From an uncultured Chloroflexia bacterium (GTDB lineage: Bacteria; Chloroflexota; Limnocylindria; Limnocylindrales; CSP1-4): a DNA stretch of 64,000 nt. A model generated the notes under the pieces. It saw only the letters and a program-made list of their open reading frames with translations. It was not told the origin of the DNA and did no database searches. The translations under genes were made by a program, and so were the position numbers. Positions 30,391 through 40,281 of the stretch are shown here, piece after piece (within the stretch, counting starts at the first letter, position 1; each line of letters begins with the position of its first letter). The stretch lies in NCBI GenBank assembly GCA_963766735.1, contig CAVYBU010000002.1, positions 96,001 to 160,000 on the forward strand. Reading direction: 5' to 3'.

Positions 30391-31023
30391 GTCTAGGGAC
30401 CTCCCTCCCGCGCGGGTCGGTCTCGCCAGTGGCTCGTAGCAGTCCCGGCGGCCGGGGTATGCACCGCGCGTCAGAGCTCCCACGGAAGGCAGCTGTGAGC
30501 TTGAGCGAGGCGGATCGTTGCGGGTCGCATGGGCGGCCCACTGCGACCTGCCGGGAGAACTCGAGTCGTGGCGTGGATCCACCTCTGCGACATGAGACGG
30601 TCGGATCGAGCGAAGCCCGTCGCTCGGCCGGCTCTCGGAGCTCGATGAGAGCGACCCGGCTGCTAGGCGCGGCGAAGCCCTGGGCGCGCGTGACGACGAT
30701 CCGGACTCGGTGGTATGCGCGATGCACGGTCGGAGGCGGGGACGTGCTTCCGACGATGACCGGATCCGCACGCCAAGATGCCGATGCGCCGCGCTCGCGA
30801 GGGCTCGTCGAAGCGGCCGGGAGGGCTGCAGCGGCTATCGGGCTGGCGTGTCAGGCACCACGATGCCGACGACTCTCGACTCGGGTCATGGCTGTCTCGA
30901 GCCGGTCGTTGGAGGCCCCGGCGGTCAGCAGTTGGTCGTCCAGTCCAGCGGCGTGCTACGAATGCTGGAGGCCAGTCAGCGCCATCGGCCGCCAGTTCGT
31001 GCGTAGACTGAGCACCTAACCCC

Positions 31024-31099
31024 GCCCCCGTAGCTCAGCGGATAGAGCAGCTGCCTTCTAAGCAGACGGTCGCAGGTTCGATTCCTGCCGGGGGCGCCA
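31024..31099 (+). tRNA. tRNA-Arg (anticodon TCT)
   Basis: GCCCCCG/CGGGGGC-GCCA acceptor, anticodon loop CTTCTAA, T-loop GTTCGATTC. Confidence 0.96.
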
Positions 31100-31608
31100 C
31101 ATCTCGCGTTCGTGCCGGTTCCCGTCGCCGGCCGCCTGATGGTCGCGACCCGGCTCCGTCCCGCGGTGCGTTGGTGCACCGCGAAGCTGTCCCGGCGCGT
31201 GCATTCGCTGATCGTTCGTCGCAGAATGTGCGGTGTCGGCCCGCGCCGCTCGACGGTCGCGGGGAGTTGACGCCCGGGGGCCGGTGCTCGCGACCGATCG
31301 ACGCATGGATGTGCCCCCACGCGCCGTTCGAGCGACGCCGGCCCGGGCCGGGCTCCCGCGGCCATTCCCAGGCCGACGCCGCGTCCCGCTCCGACGCCGG
31401 GTGCAAACGACCCGTTCCGGTCCGCCCGTCCGGTCGCGCGGCGCAACCCCACCGCACGCCCCCGAACCTGCGCTGGTACGACCGGCTGCCCGAGAGTACG
31501 GCTTGTCCGAGCCGCCCCGCACTCCGACACTCTCATCAACAGCAGGCCGGACCGCACCGCAGTGCCCTGCACGGTTTGCCCGGCCCGCGTTGACAGCAGA
31601 GGCAGCAC

Positions 31609-31803
31609 ATGACGTCAATGGCAATTCACAATCTCGGACCGATGCTCACGGCGAGCGAGGTGGCCGAGATGCTCCACCTCCACGTGAACACGGTGAAGCG
31701 CCTCGGCGACCGCGGCGAGCTCCCGTACTACCGCGTCTGCAAGCGCGGCGACCGGCGCTTCCGGCTCGACGACGTGATGGCGTTCCTGGCCCGAAACCGC
31801 TGA
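31609..31803 (+). CDS. Small Xis/BldC-like (HTH_17) DNA-binding protein
   Basis: MLTASEVAEMLHLHVNTVKR...GEL...GDRRF pattern. Confidence 0.85.
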   Translation: MTSMAIHNLGPMLTASEVAEMLHLHVNTVKRLGDRGELPYYRVCKRGDRRFRLDDVMAFLARNR

Positions 31804-31829
31804 TCCCGTCCTGGGCAGGCGCCCAGGAG

Positions 31830-33131
31830 CTAGCCCCGCAGGGCACCCTCGAAGACCCGCAGCGCCTCCTCGACCTCGGGCACCGTCACGTCCAGCGGCG
31901 GGATCCACCGGATCACCTGGTGGTGGATGCCGCAGGTGAGGAGCAGCAGCCCGGCATCGATCGCCCGGCCGGCCACCGCCTCTGCCGTGGCGCCGTCCGG
32001 CTCGCGGGTCTCGCGGTCCTTGACGAATTCCACGCCGATCATCAGGCCGGGCCCGCGCACGTCCCCGATCATCGGGAAATCCGCCATCAGCTCGCGCAGG
32101 CCCCCGCTGAGCTCCGCGCCCCGTCCCCGGGCGTTGGCGACCAGGTCCTCGTCCCGGATCGTCTCCAGGACGGCCACGCCGGCCGCGCAGGCCACCGGGT
32201 TGCCGCCGTACGTGGTGCCGTGGGCGCCGCGGCCCCACCGCTCCTGGAGCGCCTTGCTGGTCACGATCGCCGACAGCGGCAAGCCGTTCGCAATCGCCTT
32301 GGCCACGCAGACCACGTCCGGAATGATGTCCGCGTGCTCGAACGCCCACATCTCGCCGGTCCGCCCGTAGCCCGACTGGATCTCGTCCGCGATCAGCAGG
32401 ATCCCGTGCTCGTCGCAGATCGCGCGCAATGCCCTCAGGAACGCCGCCGGGGCCGGGTAGTAGCCGCCCTCACCCTGGACGCACTCGATGATGATCGACG
32501 CCACCTGGGACGGCGCGACCGTGGTCGCCAGCAGGTCGTCCAGGTGGGCGAGGCACGCCTCGGTTGCCGCGGCCGTGTCGTCATCGAAGTCCCGGTAGGT
32601 GGCAGGAAACGGGAGCTGGTAGATCGACGGCAGCAGCGGCTCGTAGCCACGGCGGTAGTTGAGCGAGGAGCTGGTGATGCTGGTGGCGCCGATCGTCCGT
32701 CCGTGGAACGCACCCCGGAACGCGATGATCGCCGGGCGCCCCGTGGCGCGCCGCGCGAGCTTGAGAGCGCCGTCGATGGCCTCCGAACCCGAGTTGAGGA
32801 AGAGGACGGTGTCCAGCGGGTCTGGGAACGTCTCGGCCAGCATCCTGGCGAGGGTGACCGTGGACTCCGCGAAACCGATGGCGTGGACGGGGCCGATGAG
32901 GCGATCCACCTGGGCGTGGATGGCCGCGGTCACGCGCGGGTGTGTGTGCCCGAGCGCCGTGACCGCGATGCCGTTGGCGAAGTCCAGGTAGCTGTTGCCG
33001 GCGGTATCGAACAGGCGGTGGCCGATCCCGTGGGACCAGCTGCGGTCCATGTACCGGCCGAGCACCGGCGACATGTTGGGGGCCGCCAGGGCGGCGAGGT
33101 CGAGGGCGTCGGAGGCGTCGTTGGTGTCCAC
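31830..33131 (-). CDS. Class-III PLP aminotransferase (4-aminobutyrate/5-aminovalerate type)
   Basis: YLDFANG, NSGSEA, FHGRT, QGEGG, LIADEIQSGYGRTG and AKAIANG motifs. Confidence 0.92.
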   Translation of the reverse strand: MDTNDASDALDLAALAAPNMSPVLGRYMDRSWSHGIGHRLFDTAGNSYLDFANGIAVTALGHTHPRVTAAIHAQVDRLIGPVHAIGFAESTVTLARMLAETFPDPLDTVLFLNSGSEAIDGALKLARRATGRPAIIAFRGAFHGRTIGATSITSSSLNYRRGYEPLLPSIYQLPFPATYRDFDDDTAAATEACLAHLDDLLATTVAPSQVASIIIECVQGEGGYYPAPAAFLRALRAICDEHGILLIADEIQSGYGRTGEMWAFEHADIIPDVVCVAKAIANGLPLSAIVTSKALQERWGRGAHGTTYGGNPVACAAGVAVLETIRDEDLVANARGRGAELSGGLRELMADFPMIGDVRGPGLMIGVEFVKDRETREPDGATAEAVAGRAIDAGLLLLTCGIHHQVIRWIPPLDVTVPEVEEALRVFEGALRG

Positions 33132-33272
33132 GGGGCGAGTATAGGGAGAGTCCGGCCCGTGCCGTCACATGCCTCCGGTCGTTTCAGCAGCCGCGGTGCG
33201 GCGTTAGGATGGAGCCACGTCCGTCCGTCCCCGCCAACGTCCGCGCGGGCCACCAATCGAGGCCACGAGACC

Positions 33273-34478
33273 GTGATCGACTTCACCCTGACCGACGAGC
33301 ACAAGCTCGTCCGCGCCTCCGCCCGCTCGTTCGTGGAGGCCGAGATCCTGCCCTACATCCGGGAGTGGGACGAGAAGGGCGAGGTCCACCGCGAGATCTT
33401 CGCGAAGATGGCCGAGATGGGGTTCCTGGGTGCGCCGGTCCCGGAGCGGTACGGCGGCGCCGGCATGGACTATGTCAGCTTCGCGATTCTGTGCGAGGAG
33501 CTGGAGCGTGCGGACACGGCCTTTCGCGTGGTCCAGAGCGTCCACGTCGGCCTGAACTCGCTCACGCTCCTGCAGTGGGGGACCGAGGAGCAGCGCCAGC
33601 GCTGGCTGGTCCCGCAGGCGAAGGGCGAGATGCTGGCGACGTTCGGCCTGACGGAGCCGGGCGTCGGCACGGACGCCGCGAGCCTGGCCACGACCGCGCG
33701 CCGGGACGGCAATTCGTACGTGCTCAACGGGCACAAGATCTGGATCTCGCTGGCTGACCTTGCCGACCACTTCCTCGTGTTCGCCACGGTGGACAGGGCG
33801 AAGAAGCACAAGGGCGTCACGGCCTTCGTGGTCGAGCGTGGAATGCCGGGGCTGACCACGGGCACGCTCCACGGGAAGCTTGGGATCCGGGCCGGCAACA
33901 CGGGCCTCATCGACTTCGAGAACGTCCGCGTCCCGGTCGAGAACCGGATCGGCGAGGAGGGCGAGGGCTTCCTGATCGCGATGAGCGCCATCGACCAGGG
34001 CAGGTTCACCGTTGCGGCGGGCGCCGTCGGTCTCGCACAGGCCTGCCTCGACGCCTCGCTCAAGTACGCGCACGAACGCGAGACCTTTGGCCAGGAGATC
34101 GGTCGCCATCAGCTGGTCAAGCAGATGATCGCCAACATGGCAAAGGGCACGGAGATCGGCAGGCTGCTGGTCTGGCAGGCGGCGGCGCTCAAGAACCGGG
34201 GCCTGCGCAACACGCGCGAGACGTCCCTCGCCAAGTGGCACGCGACGGACCACTCCGTGCAGGCGGCCCTCGATGCGATCCAGATCCACGGTGCCAACGG
34301 CTACTCGAACGAGTTCCCGGTTGAGCGCTACCTGCGCAACTCCAAGGCCGCGGTGATCTACGAGGGCACGAGCCAGCTGCACACGCTGATCCAGGCCGAC
34401 TACGCGCTGGGCTACCGCGAGGACCGGCCTCTGCGCTGCGAGCCGTGGCCGGCCGAGGGCTTCGACCGCCCCGGCTGA
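33273..34478 (+). CDS. Acyl-CoA dehydrogenase
   Basis: FGLTEPGVGTD, LNGHKIWIS, IHGANGY, IYEGT; GTG start inferred. Confidence 0.94.
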   Translation: MIDFTLTDEHKLVRASARSFVEAEILPYIREWDEKGEVHREIFAKMAEMGFLGAPVPERYGGAGMDYVSFAILCEELERADTAFRVVQSVHVGLNSLTLLQWGTEEQRQRWLVPQAKGEMLATFGLTEPGVGTDAASLATTARRDGNSYVLNGHKIWISLADLADHFLVFATVDRAKKHKGVTAFVVERGMPGLTTGTLHGKLGIRAGNTGLIDFENVRVPVENRIGEEGEGFLIAMSAIDQGRFTVAAGAVGLAQACLDASLKYAHERETFGQEIGRHQLVKQMIANMAKGTEIGRLLVWQAAALKNRGLRNTRETSLAKWHATDHSVQAALDAIQIHGANGYSNEFPVERYLRNSKAAVIYEGTSQLHTLIQADYALGYREDRPLRCEPWPAEGFDRPG

Positions 34479-34551
34479 CGCGAGGCCAGGAGTCCGTAGG
34501 AGAGATCTCCCATGCGCCCCTGGACGCGCGGCCCCCAGCGGGGGCAGCCGA

Positions 34552-35514
34552 TCAGGCTGCGGGCGCCTCGAGGGCGGCCGCAGCCACCACCTCCCGCTGC
34601 GCCATCCTCGCGCTTCGCCCGCGAGCGGTCACGATCAGCGCAACCGCGAGGACGATCACGGCCGCCGCGACGACCGTGCGGATGGTGAGGGGCTCGCCCA
34701 GGACGATCGACCCGAGGATCACGGCCACCACCGGGTTCACGTACGCGTAGGTGGCGATGCGCCCGAGGGGTGCAACCGTCAGCAGCCAGGCGTAGGTCGT
34801 GAACCCGACGAGGCTGCCGACCACAACGAGGTAGCCGATCCCGAGCCAGCTGGTGGCCGAGACAGCGCCGAGGTCGAAGCCGGCCAGCTGGCCGGTGAGC
34901 ACGGCGGCCACGAGGTACGCCAGGCCTCCGGCGATCATCTGGATGCTCGTGGAGAACAGGGCGGGCCGCGGGAGTAGCGCCCGCTTGGTGGCGTAGAGCG
35001 TGCCGAGCGACCAGAGCATCGGGGACACGATCAGGGCGGCCAGGCCGGCCGGGTCCAGCGGACCGACGTCACCCGCAGGCCAGGCCAGGATCGCGACCCC
35101 GACCAGACCCACCGCGATCCCGACCGCCGCGAGCATCGGGATTCGCTCGCCGAACAGGATGCGGCCGAATACCGCCAGCCACATCGGAACGAGCCCGATG
35201 AGGAGGGCGGCGATGCCGGTGGCGATGGTCTGCTGCCCCCATGCGACAAGCCCGGCGCCGCCGAGCAGGAGCATTGCGCCGACGATCGAGGCGTCGCGCA
35301 CCTGGATGGCCGATGGCCGGCGGATGGAGCGGCGATCCCGGAGGGCGACCCCGCCGGCGAGCAGCAGCCCGGCCGGCACGAAGCGGAGGAAGCCCATCAC
35401 GAACGGAGGCACGGTGTCGATTGCGAGCTTCATGCCGAGGTAGGTGGAGCCCCAGACAAGGTAGAGCACGATGAGGCCAGCCCAGATGGCGAGAGGGCTG
35501 GCAGGCTGACGCAT
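34552..35514 (-). CDS. EamA/DMT family transporter
   Basis: VWGSTY and YAYVNPVVAV motifs; about 10 TM segments. Confidence 0.92.
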   Translation of the reverse strand: MRQPASPLAIWAGLIVLYLVWGSTYLGMKLAIDTVPPFVMGFLRFVPAGLLLAGGVALRDRRSIRRPSAIQVRDASIVGAMLLLGGAGLVAWGQQTIATGIAALLIGLVPMWLAVFGRILFGERIPMLAAVGIAVGLVGVAILAWPAGDVGPLDPAGLAALIVSPMLWSLGTLYATKRALLPRPALFSTSIQMIAGGLAYLVAAVLTGQLAGFDLGAVSATSWLGIGYLVVVGSLVGFTTYAWLLTVAPLGRIATYAYVNPVVAVILGSIVLGEPLTIRTVVAAAVIVLAVALIVTARGRSARMAQREVVAAAALEAPAA

Positions 35515-35624
35515 CGGACCGGAGCTCCTGTGGCGTGGAGGGGCGAGTGTACCGATGGCACCCCACTTGTGCTAGTCGATTAGGCCAACCCGCGGCGGCG
35601 GACGCCCCCGAATCGGTGCTCCCG

Positions 35625-36458
35625 CTACGCCGCCGTCCCGATCGCCGTCGGCCGGCAGATCCTGCACGGCCGGTACCCGGCATCGGCCGCCTCCCCCAGG
35701 GAGCGGAAGGCGACCCGGTATCGGTCCTGCGTCCGCCGGGCGTGGCGGCAGGTGGGCCAGCAGACGATCCTGGTGGTGGTCGAGCCGGTGAGACGCTCGC
35801 CCCGCCGGGCGGCATCCTCCAGCGCGCCCGGGTCCAGGCCCTCCGCCGCGAGGATCGTCCGCTTGTTGTCCGGGCCGCCCAGGCTGTACTGGCCGATGGT
35901 GCCGTCGGTGCGGACGACGCGGTGGCAGGGGACGATGAGCGGGACGGGGTTGTGCCCGAGCGCAGTGCCCACGGCCCTGACCGCCTTCGGCCGGCCGATC
36001 TCCGCGGCGATCCACCCGTACGGGCGGACCTCGCCACGCGGGATCTCCAGCGCCTTGGTCCAGACGGCGACCTCGAACTCGGTCCGGCCGCGCAGGTCCA
36101 GCGGGATCCTCACCCGTCGCTCCCCGGCGAGGCGGCGGGCGATGGCATCCGCCAGGCCGGCGGGGAGGGCGGCGGCGAGGGTGGTGCGGCGGCCGGCGCG
36201 GGTCTCGTGACGTGCGACGGCGGCCGGCCCATCGTCGGCCAGCTCAACCTCGCTGACCCCGCGGCCGTTCCAGGCCACCCAGAGCCTCCCGATGGGGGAG
36301 TCGAGCGGCGCCATGCGGTCCGCCAGGCCGATCTCGACGAGAACGTCCTCCGCGACGTGGGCCGGAGCGGGGACGGCGAGGGCCGCGAGCGCACCGGGCG
36401 CGTCGGCCGCGTTGTCCGTGGGGTCCGCGGGATGCGTGGTGCGAGGGGATCGGGTCAT
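35625..36458 (-). CDS. ogt: Methylated-DNA-protein-cysteine methyltransferase with C-terminal Ada-type Zn domain
   Basis: IPRGEVRPYG, RAVGTA, VPCHRV active site; C-terminal CWPTC...GYRPCRICRP. Confidence 0.9.
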   Translation of the reverse strand: MTRSPRTTHPADPTDNAADAPGALAALAVPAPAHVAEDVLVEIGLADRMAPLDSPIGRLWVAWNGRGVSEVELADDGPAAVARHETRAGRRTTLAAALPAGLADAIARRLAGERRVRIPLDLRGRTEFEVAVWTKALEIPRGEVRPYGWIAAEIGRPKAVRAVGTALGHNPVPLIVPCHRVVRTDGTIGQYSLGGPDNKRTILAAEGLDPGALEDAARRGERLTGSTTTRIVCWPTCRHARRTQDRYRVAFRSLGEAADAGYRPCRICRPTAIGTAA

Positions 36459-37040
36459 GCGGTCAGCTCCTCGAGCCCGGTGCCTGCAGTCGCGGCGCGC
36501 AGCATGGCCAGGCCGCGGTGGACCTGTGCCTTGAGCGTGCCCTCGGGGCGACCGAGCACCAGGGACAGCTCGGCGTAGGAAAGGTCGTCGACATGGCGCA
36601 GGACGACGGGGATCCGGTAGCGCTCCGGGAGCGCCGCGAGCAGCGCAGCGAGGCGTTCTCGCTGGTCTGAGAGGGCGGCCAGCGCGGCGGGGTCCGTGGC
36701 GGCGCCGGCCGTGGGTTCGGCGCCTGCCTCGGTCAGGACGGCGAGCGGCGTCGTCGGCAGGACCCGACGCCGGACCCGGTTCCGGCACAGGTTCACGACG
36801 ATGGTCGCAAGCCAGCTGCGAAGACGGAGCGCCCGGATGCGCTCGGGCTCGTAGGTCGCGAGCGCGCGGTAGGCGCGGGTCAGGGCGTCCTGGGCCACTT
36901 CCTCGGCATCGTGGGGATTGCCCAGCACGCGCAGCGCGATCGCGTAGCAGCGATCGACATGGGCGTGAACGAGGACCTCGAACGTAGCCGTCGAGGTCCC
37001 GGGCCAGTCGTTCGGCAAGGGTTGTGTCGTCCATCACCAT
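36455..37040 (-). CDS. ECF sigma-70 factor with one +1 frameshift near 36986
   Basis: DAEEVAQD region 2, LSYAEL..LGRPEGTLKAQVHRG region 4; N-terminus MVMDDTTLAERL in the adjacent frame. Confidence 0.85.
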
Positions 37041-37044
37041 CAAG

Positions 37045-37071
37045 AACACGCTCCGGTCCCCGGCGGTTGCA
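37045..37071 (-). promoter_or_regulatory. Putative autoregulatory ECF promoter TGCAAC-N15-CGTGTT
   Basis: Immediately upstream of the sigma start codon. Confidence 0.5.
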
Positions 37072-37191
37072 CGCGGCGGCAGGAAGGCGGCTGCGACGGG
37101 CGGCGGATCCCGATCCTAGCAGCCCCGATCGGCTGTTCGGCAGCACCCGCGGGCGCGCTGGAAGGGGTCCCGGGCATGTCACAATCGCGGC

Positions 37192-38199
37192 ATGCGCGTG
37201 GACGACCGCTTCGACGACATGGTCGCCAGCCTCGGCGGCTTCTACCGGACCTGGTACGCCTATGCGGGCCTGGAGCTGGCGCTCTTCCAGCGACTTCGCG
37301 AGGCCGGGTCCGCGGGCATGACCGCGCTCGAACTCGGCTACCGGTCGGGGACCGAGCCCGAGCTGGTGGGCCTCTGGGCATGGGGCGCCTTCGCCCACGA
37401 CCTGGTGGAGATCGAGGGCGACAGGATCCGGCTGCCCGAGGACGTTGCCCGCGTGCTCCTCGATGCGGATCGCTCGGAGTACCTCGGCGGCCAGTTCCAG
37501 TTCGCCGCGATCGCAAGCCTGGACTACGGGATCCTGCCGGGCGTGTTCCGGACCGGGCGCCCGATGGAGGGCCGGCCCGACCGGTACCGCGTGGCGATCG
37601 AGCGGCTCACCCTCCAGGACATTGGCGTGTTCTTCCAGGAGATCCTGGCGACACTTCCGCAACTGGTCCTGGACCTTCGGCCGGGCACCCGGATCATGGA
37701 CGTCCACTGCGGCGCCGGTCGGTGGCTGATCGCCATGGCCCGCCGTTTTCCAGGCACGACCCTCATCGGCGTCGAGTTCGAGCCTGACTCCGTGAAGCGT
37801 GCTCACGTGAACGTGGCGGCCGCCGCGCTCTCCGATCGGATCTCGATCGAGACCGGCGACATGACGGCGGTCGGCCACCCGGACGAGATGGACCTCGTCT
37901 ACTTCCAGTACGCCCTGCACCACCTCCCGGACGCCGCAGCAGCCCTCCGGTCGGCCTGGAACGCGGTCCGCCCGGGCGGCTGGCTGGTGACGCTCGACTG
38001 GTACATGCCGTCCGACCCGGATGAGATCCGGACCCGGATGGGAGAGCTGCTGGCCGGCAACCAGCTGGACGAGCTGGTCCAGGGGACGCGTCTCGTCACC
38101 CGGACCGAGGCCCTCGACTGGTTCGCGGACGCAGGCCTGCCGGTGCCGGAGCTGATCGACCTCCCGTCGGGCGCTACCGCGATCGTCGCCCGCCGGTAG
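37192..38199 (+). CDS. Class I SAM-dependent methyltransferase with N-terminal wHTH
   Basis: MDVHCGAG motif I, YALHHL, RPGGWL. Confidence 0.85.
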   Translation: MRVDDRFDDMVASLGGFYRTWYAYAGLELALFQRLREAGSAGMTALELGYRSGTEPELVGLWAWGAFAHDLVEIEGDRIRLPEDVARVLLDADRSEYLGGQFQFAAIASLDYGILPGVFRTGRPMEGRPDRYRVAIERLTLQDIGVFFQEILATLPQLVLDLRPGTRIMDVHCGAGRWLIAMARRFPGTTLIGVEFEPDSVKRAHVNVAAAALSDRISIETGDMTAVGHPDEMDLVYFQYALHHLPDAAAALRSAWNAVRPGGWLVTLDWYMPSDPDEIRTRMGELLAGNQLDELVQGTRLVTRTEALDWFADAGLPVPELIDLPSGATAIVARR

Positions 38200-38258
38200 G
38201 GGGGCGACGCCGGGCTCCTCTGTCAGCTGTCCTGGCGCGGCCCCGGTATCGTGGCCGC

Positions 38259-39089
38259 GTGATCAGGAGCACGCCCATCGGCGCCGCCGCGATGCTGGCC
38301 CTCGAGCGGCACGAGACGGAATCGCACGCCATCCCGAGCCGCGAGGTCAGGGACCTCGGCGACGCGCTCATGCTGTACGACGACCGAGATCCGGATCCGT
38401 TCTGGAACCGGATGGCCCGGGTGCGGTGGCCCTCCGATCCCGCCGCCTTCGACCGACGCCTGGCAGAGGCGATGGCGCTGTTCCTCGTGCTCGGCCGGCG
38501 GCCGCACGTGTGGCCCTCGCCGGCCCACGCGGAGCCCGCAGACCTGGTCGAGAGGCTGGCCTCGAACGGCTTCCGGGACGTCGGCGGCGGGCACCTGATG
38601 GTGCTGACGGATCCCGAGTCCAGCGGGCCGGTCCGTCCAGGAGACGCGGGCCCGGAGGTGACGCTCCGAGCGATCCGCAGCGCGGCAGATGCCGCCCCGG
38701 CCGATCCCGACGCGATGGCAGGCGTCCTCGCAGATTCGTTCGGCGCCCTGCCCGAACGCGTCCCAGAGCTGGCCGCGGACCTGCGGGCCACTCTGGATGA
38801 CCCCCGGATCGTGCTGGCGATCGCCCAGGTGGACGGGGTAGCTGCCTCCGTCGCGAAGTCGACCACATTCGGCGGCCATTCGTACATCTCGTCGGTTGGC
38901 ACGCGACCACGGTTTCGGGGGATGGGGCTGGCGGCTCTGGTCACCCGCCACGTGCTTGCGGCCGCCGGCACGCGCGAAACCCACACGGTCTACCTCGGCG
39001 TGTTCAGCGGCAACCGCCCGGCGCTGCGACTGTACGAGCGTCTCGGCTTCGCCTCGATCGGCGAGTCGCCGGACCTCATGTTGGAATGA
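38259..39089 (+). CDS. GNAT family acetyltransferase
   Basis: VGTRPRFRGMGLA and N.PALRLYERLGF motifs. Confidence 0.85.
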   Translation: MIRSTPIGAAAMLALERHETESHAIPSREVRDLGDALMLYDDRDPDPFWNRMARVRWPSDPAAFDRRLAEAMALFLVLGRRPHVWPSPAHAEPADLVERLASNGFRDVGGGHLMVLTDPESSGPVRPGDAGPEVTLRAIRSAADAAPADPDAMAGVLADSFGALPERVPELAADLRATLDDPRIVLAIAQVDGVAASVAKSTTFGGHSYISSVGTRPRFRGMGLAALVTRHVLAAAGTRETHTVYLGVFSGNRPALRLYERLGFASIGESPDLMLE

Positions 39090-39109
39090 CGGCTTGAAGG
39101 CGTGATCCG

Positions 39110-39844
39110 ATGACGGCCTGGGCGAGGCTCACCTGGCAGGCGAAGGATCCGGCCGTTCTCACCGCCGACCTCGAGCGCCGCCTCGGGCAGGGTGCGGTTG
39201 TCCGACGGGGGCTCGGTGGTGGGCGCGTCATTCGGATGGGCGGCGGCGACGTGCACATCGTGCCCTGGCGCGTGGAGACGGCCGACGACACGCCGCGCCC
39301 GGAAGGGCGGCTGCTCTTCGAGCCGGTGGACCCGGAGGGCGAAGGCCCCGTGGCGGCGGACGACGCGGAGCGTGGCCCTGCCGAGGTTCTGCTGGCGCCA
39401 CCCCAGTTCCGCCTGGCGGGTGTGGGCTGGGCCACGGTGGAGCTGGATCGAGCGGCGGCCGAGCTCGATCCGTGGCTTGAGCCGACCCTCGACGGCCTCG
39501 ATGGCCAGGATCCGCACCTCGGTGCCCGCACCCGGGTCCGTCGTTCTCCCGGCCTGCCGGGAGAGGCGCTGGTCCTGGCCGAACCGGTGACCGAGGGCCG
39601 CCTCGCCGCGGCGCTCGCCCGGGACGGGGAGGGGCCCTGCGTGCTGTATCTCGAGCCTGCCGAGAGCCTCCAGGCCTGGCGCGTTGGAGCCGCTTCCCGG
39701 GGCATCACGACCTCGGCGATCCGGCCCGGTCCGCTCGGGCCGTCCGTCCTGATCTCCGGCGCGCGGTCCGGACCTCACCTGGTCATCGTCGAGGGCCCGG
39801 ACAGTTCGTCAGCGGGCGCCCACGGCGGTACCATCCACCCATGA
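39110..39844 (+). CDS. Hypothetical protein, possible VOC/glyoxalase-like fold
   Basis: ATVELDRAA, LVLAEP..EGRLAAALARDGEG pattern; operon position. Confidence 0.6.
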   Translation: MTAWARLTWQAKDPAVLTADLERRLGQGAVVRRGLGGGRVIRMGGGDVHIVPWRVETADDTPRPEGRLLFEPVDPEGEGPVAADDAERGPAEVLLAPPQFRLAGVGWATVELDRAAAELDPWLEPTLDGLDGQDPHLGARTRVRRSPGLPGEALVLAEPVTEGRLAAALARDGEGPCVLYLEPAESLQAWRVGAASRGITTSAIRPGPLGPSVLISGARSGPHLVIVEGPDSSSAGAHGGTIHP

Positions 39845-40281
39845 GCGACGCAGCCACTGTCACCGTTCGCGCCGCCGCGTCCCCGGACGCCGAGCGGCTG
39901 GCCACCCTCCTGACGGACGAGGGCTACCCGGCCGGGGCCAGCGACCTCGCAGCCCGGATCGAGCGCTTCGCGGGATCCGAATCGCGCGTGCTGGTGGCGG
40001 AGGCCGGTGGTGAGGTCGTCGGCTTTGTCGCGTTCCACCTGCTGCCACGATTCGAGACGGACGAGCGGTTCGCGCGGATCGTCGCACTGGTCGTGGACCC
40101 GGGGGTCCGGGAGCGGGGGGTCGGCCGCCTGCTCATGACCGAGGTTGAGGCCGTCGCGCGCGAAGAGGGCGCCGGCTTCCTCGAGATCACCGCCGGGCAC
40201 CATCGGCCGGATGCGCGGAAGCTGTTCGAGTCGCTTGGCTACGACGCGGACGTGGCGGACTACCTGCGCAAGCGCCCCTGA
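39841..40281 (+). CDS. GNAT family acetyltransferase
   Basis: LVVDPGVRERGVGRLL, AR.LFESLGY. Confidence 0.87.
   Translation: MSDAATVTVRAAASPDAERLATLLTDEGYPAGASDLAARIERFAGSESRVLVAEAGGEVVGFVAFHLLPRFETDERFARIVALVVDPGVRERGVGRLLMTEVEAVAREEGAGFLEITAGHHRPDARKLFESLGYDADVADYLRKRP

Noticed and set aside
30346-30400. ORF ending QTIVLAAA-stop, resembling a tmRNA tag
   Set aside because: No tRNA-like 5' GGGG or 3' T-arm/CCA ends at suitable distances; better explained as a broken signal peptide.
31024-31803. Prophage or ICE at tRNA-Arg with an excisionase
   Set aside because: No integrase, no duplicated tRNA 3' end seen, and flanking genes are housekeeping.
31233-33272. 1081-aa ORF with a long N-terminal extension on the acyl-CoA dehydrogenase
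   Set aside because: The extension is the antisense shadow of the aminotransferase gene; the real start is about 33273.
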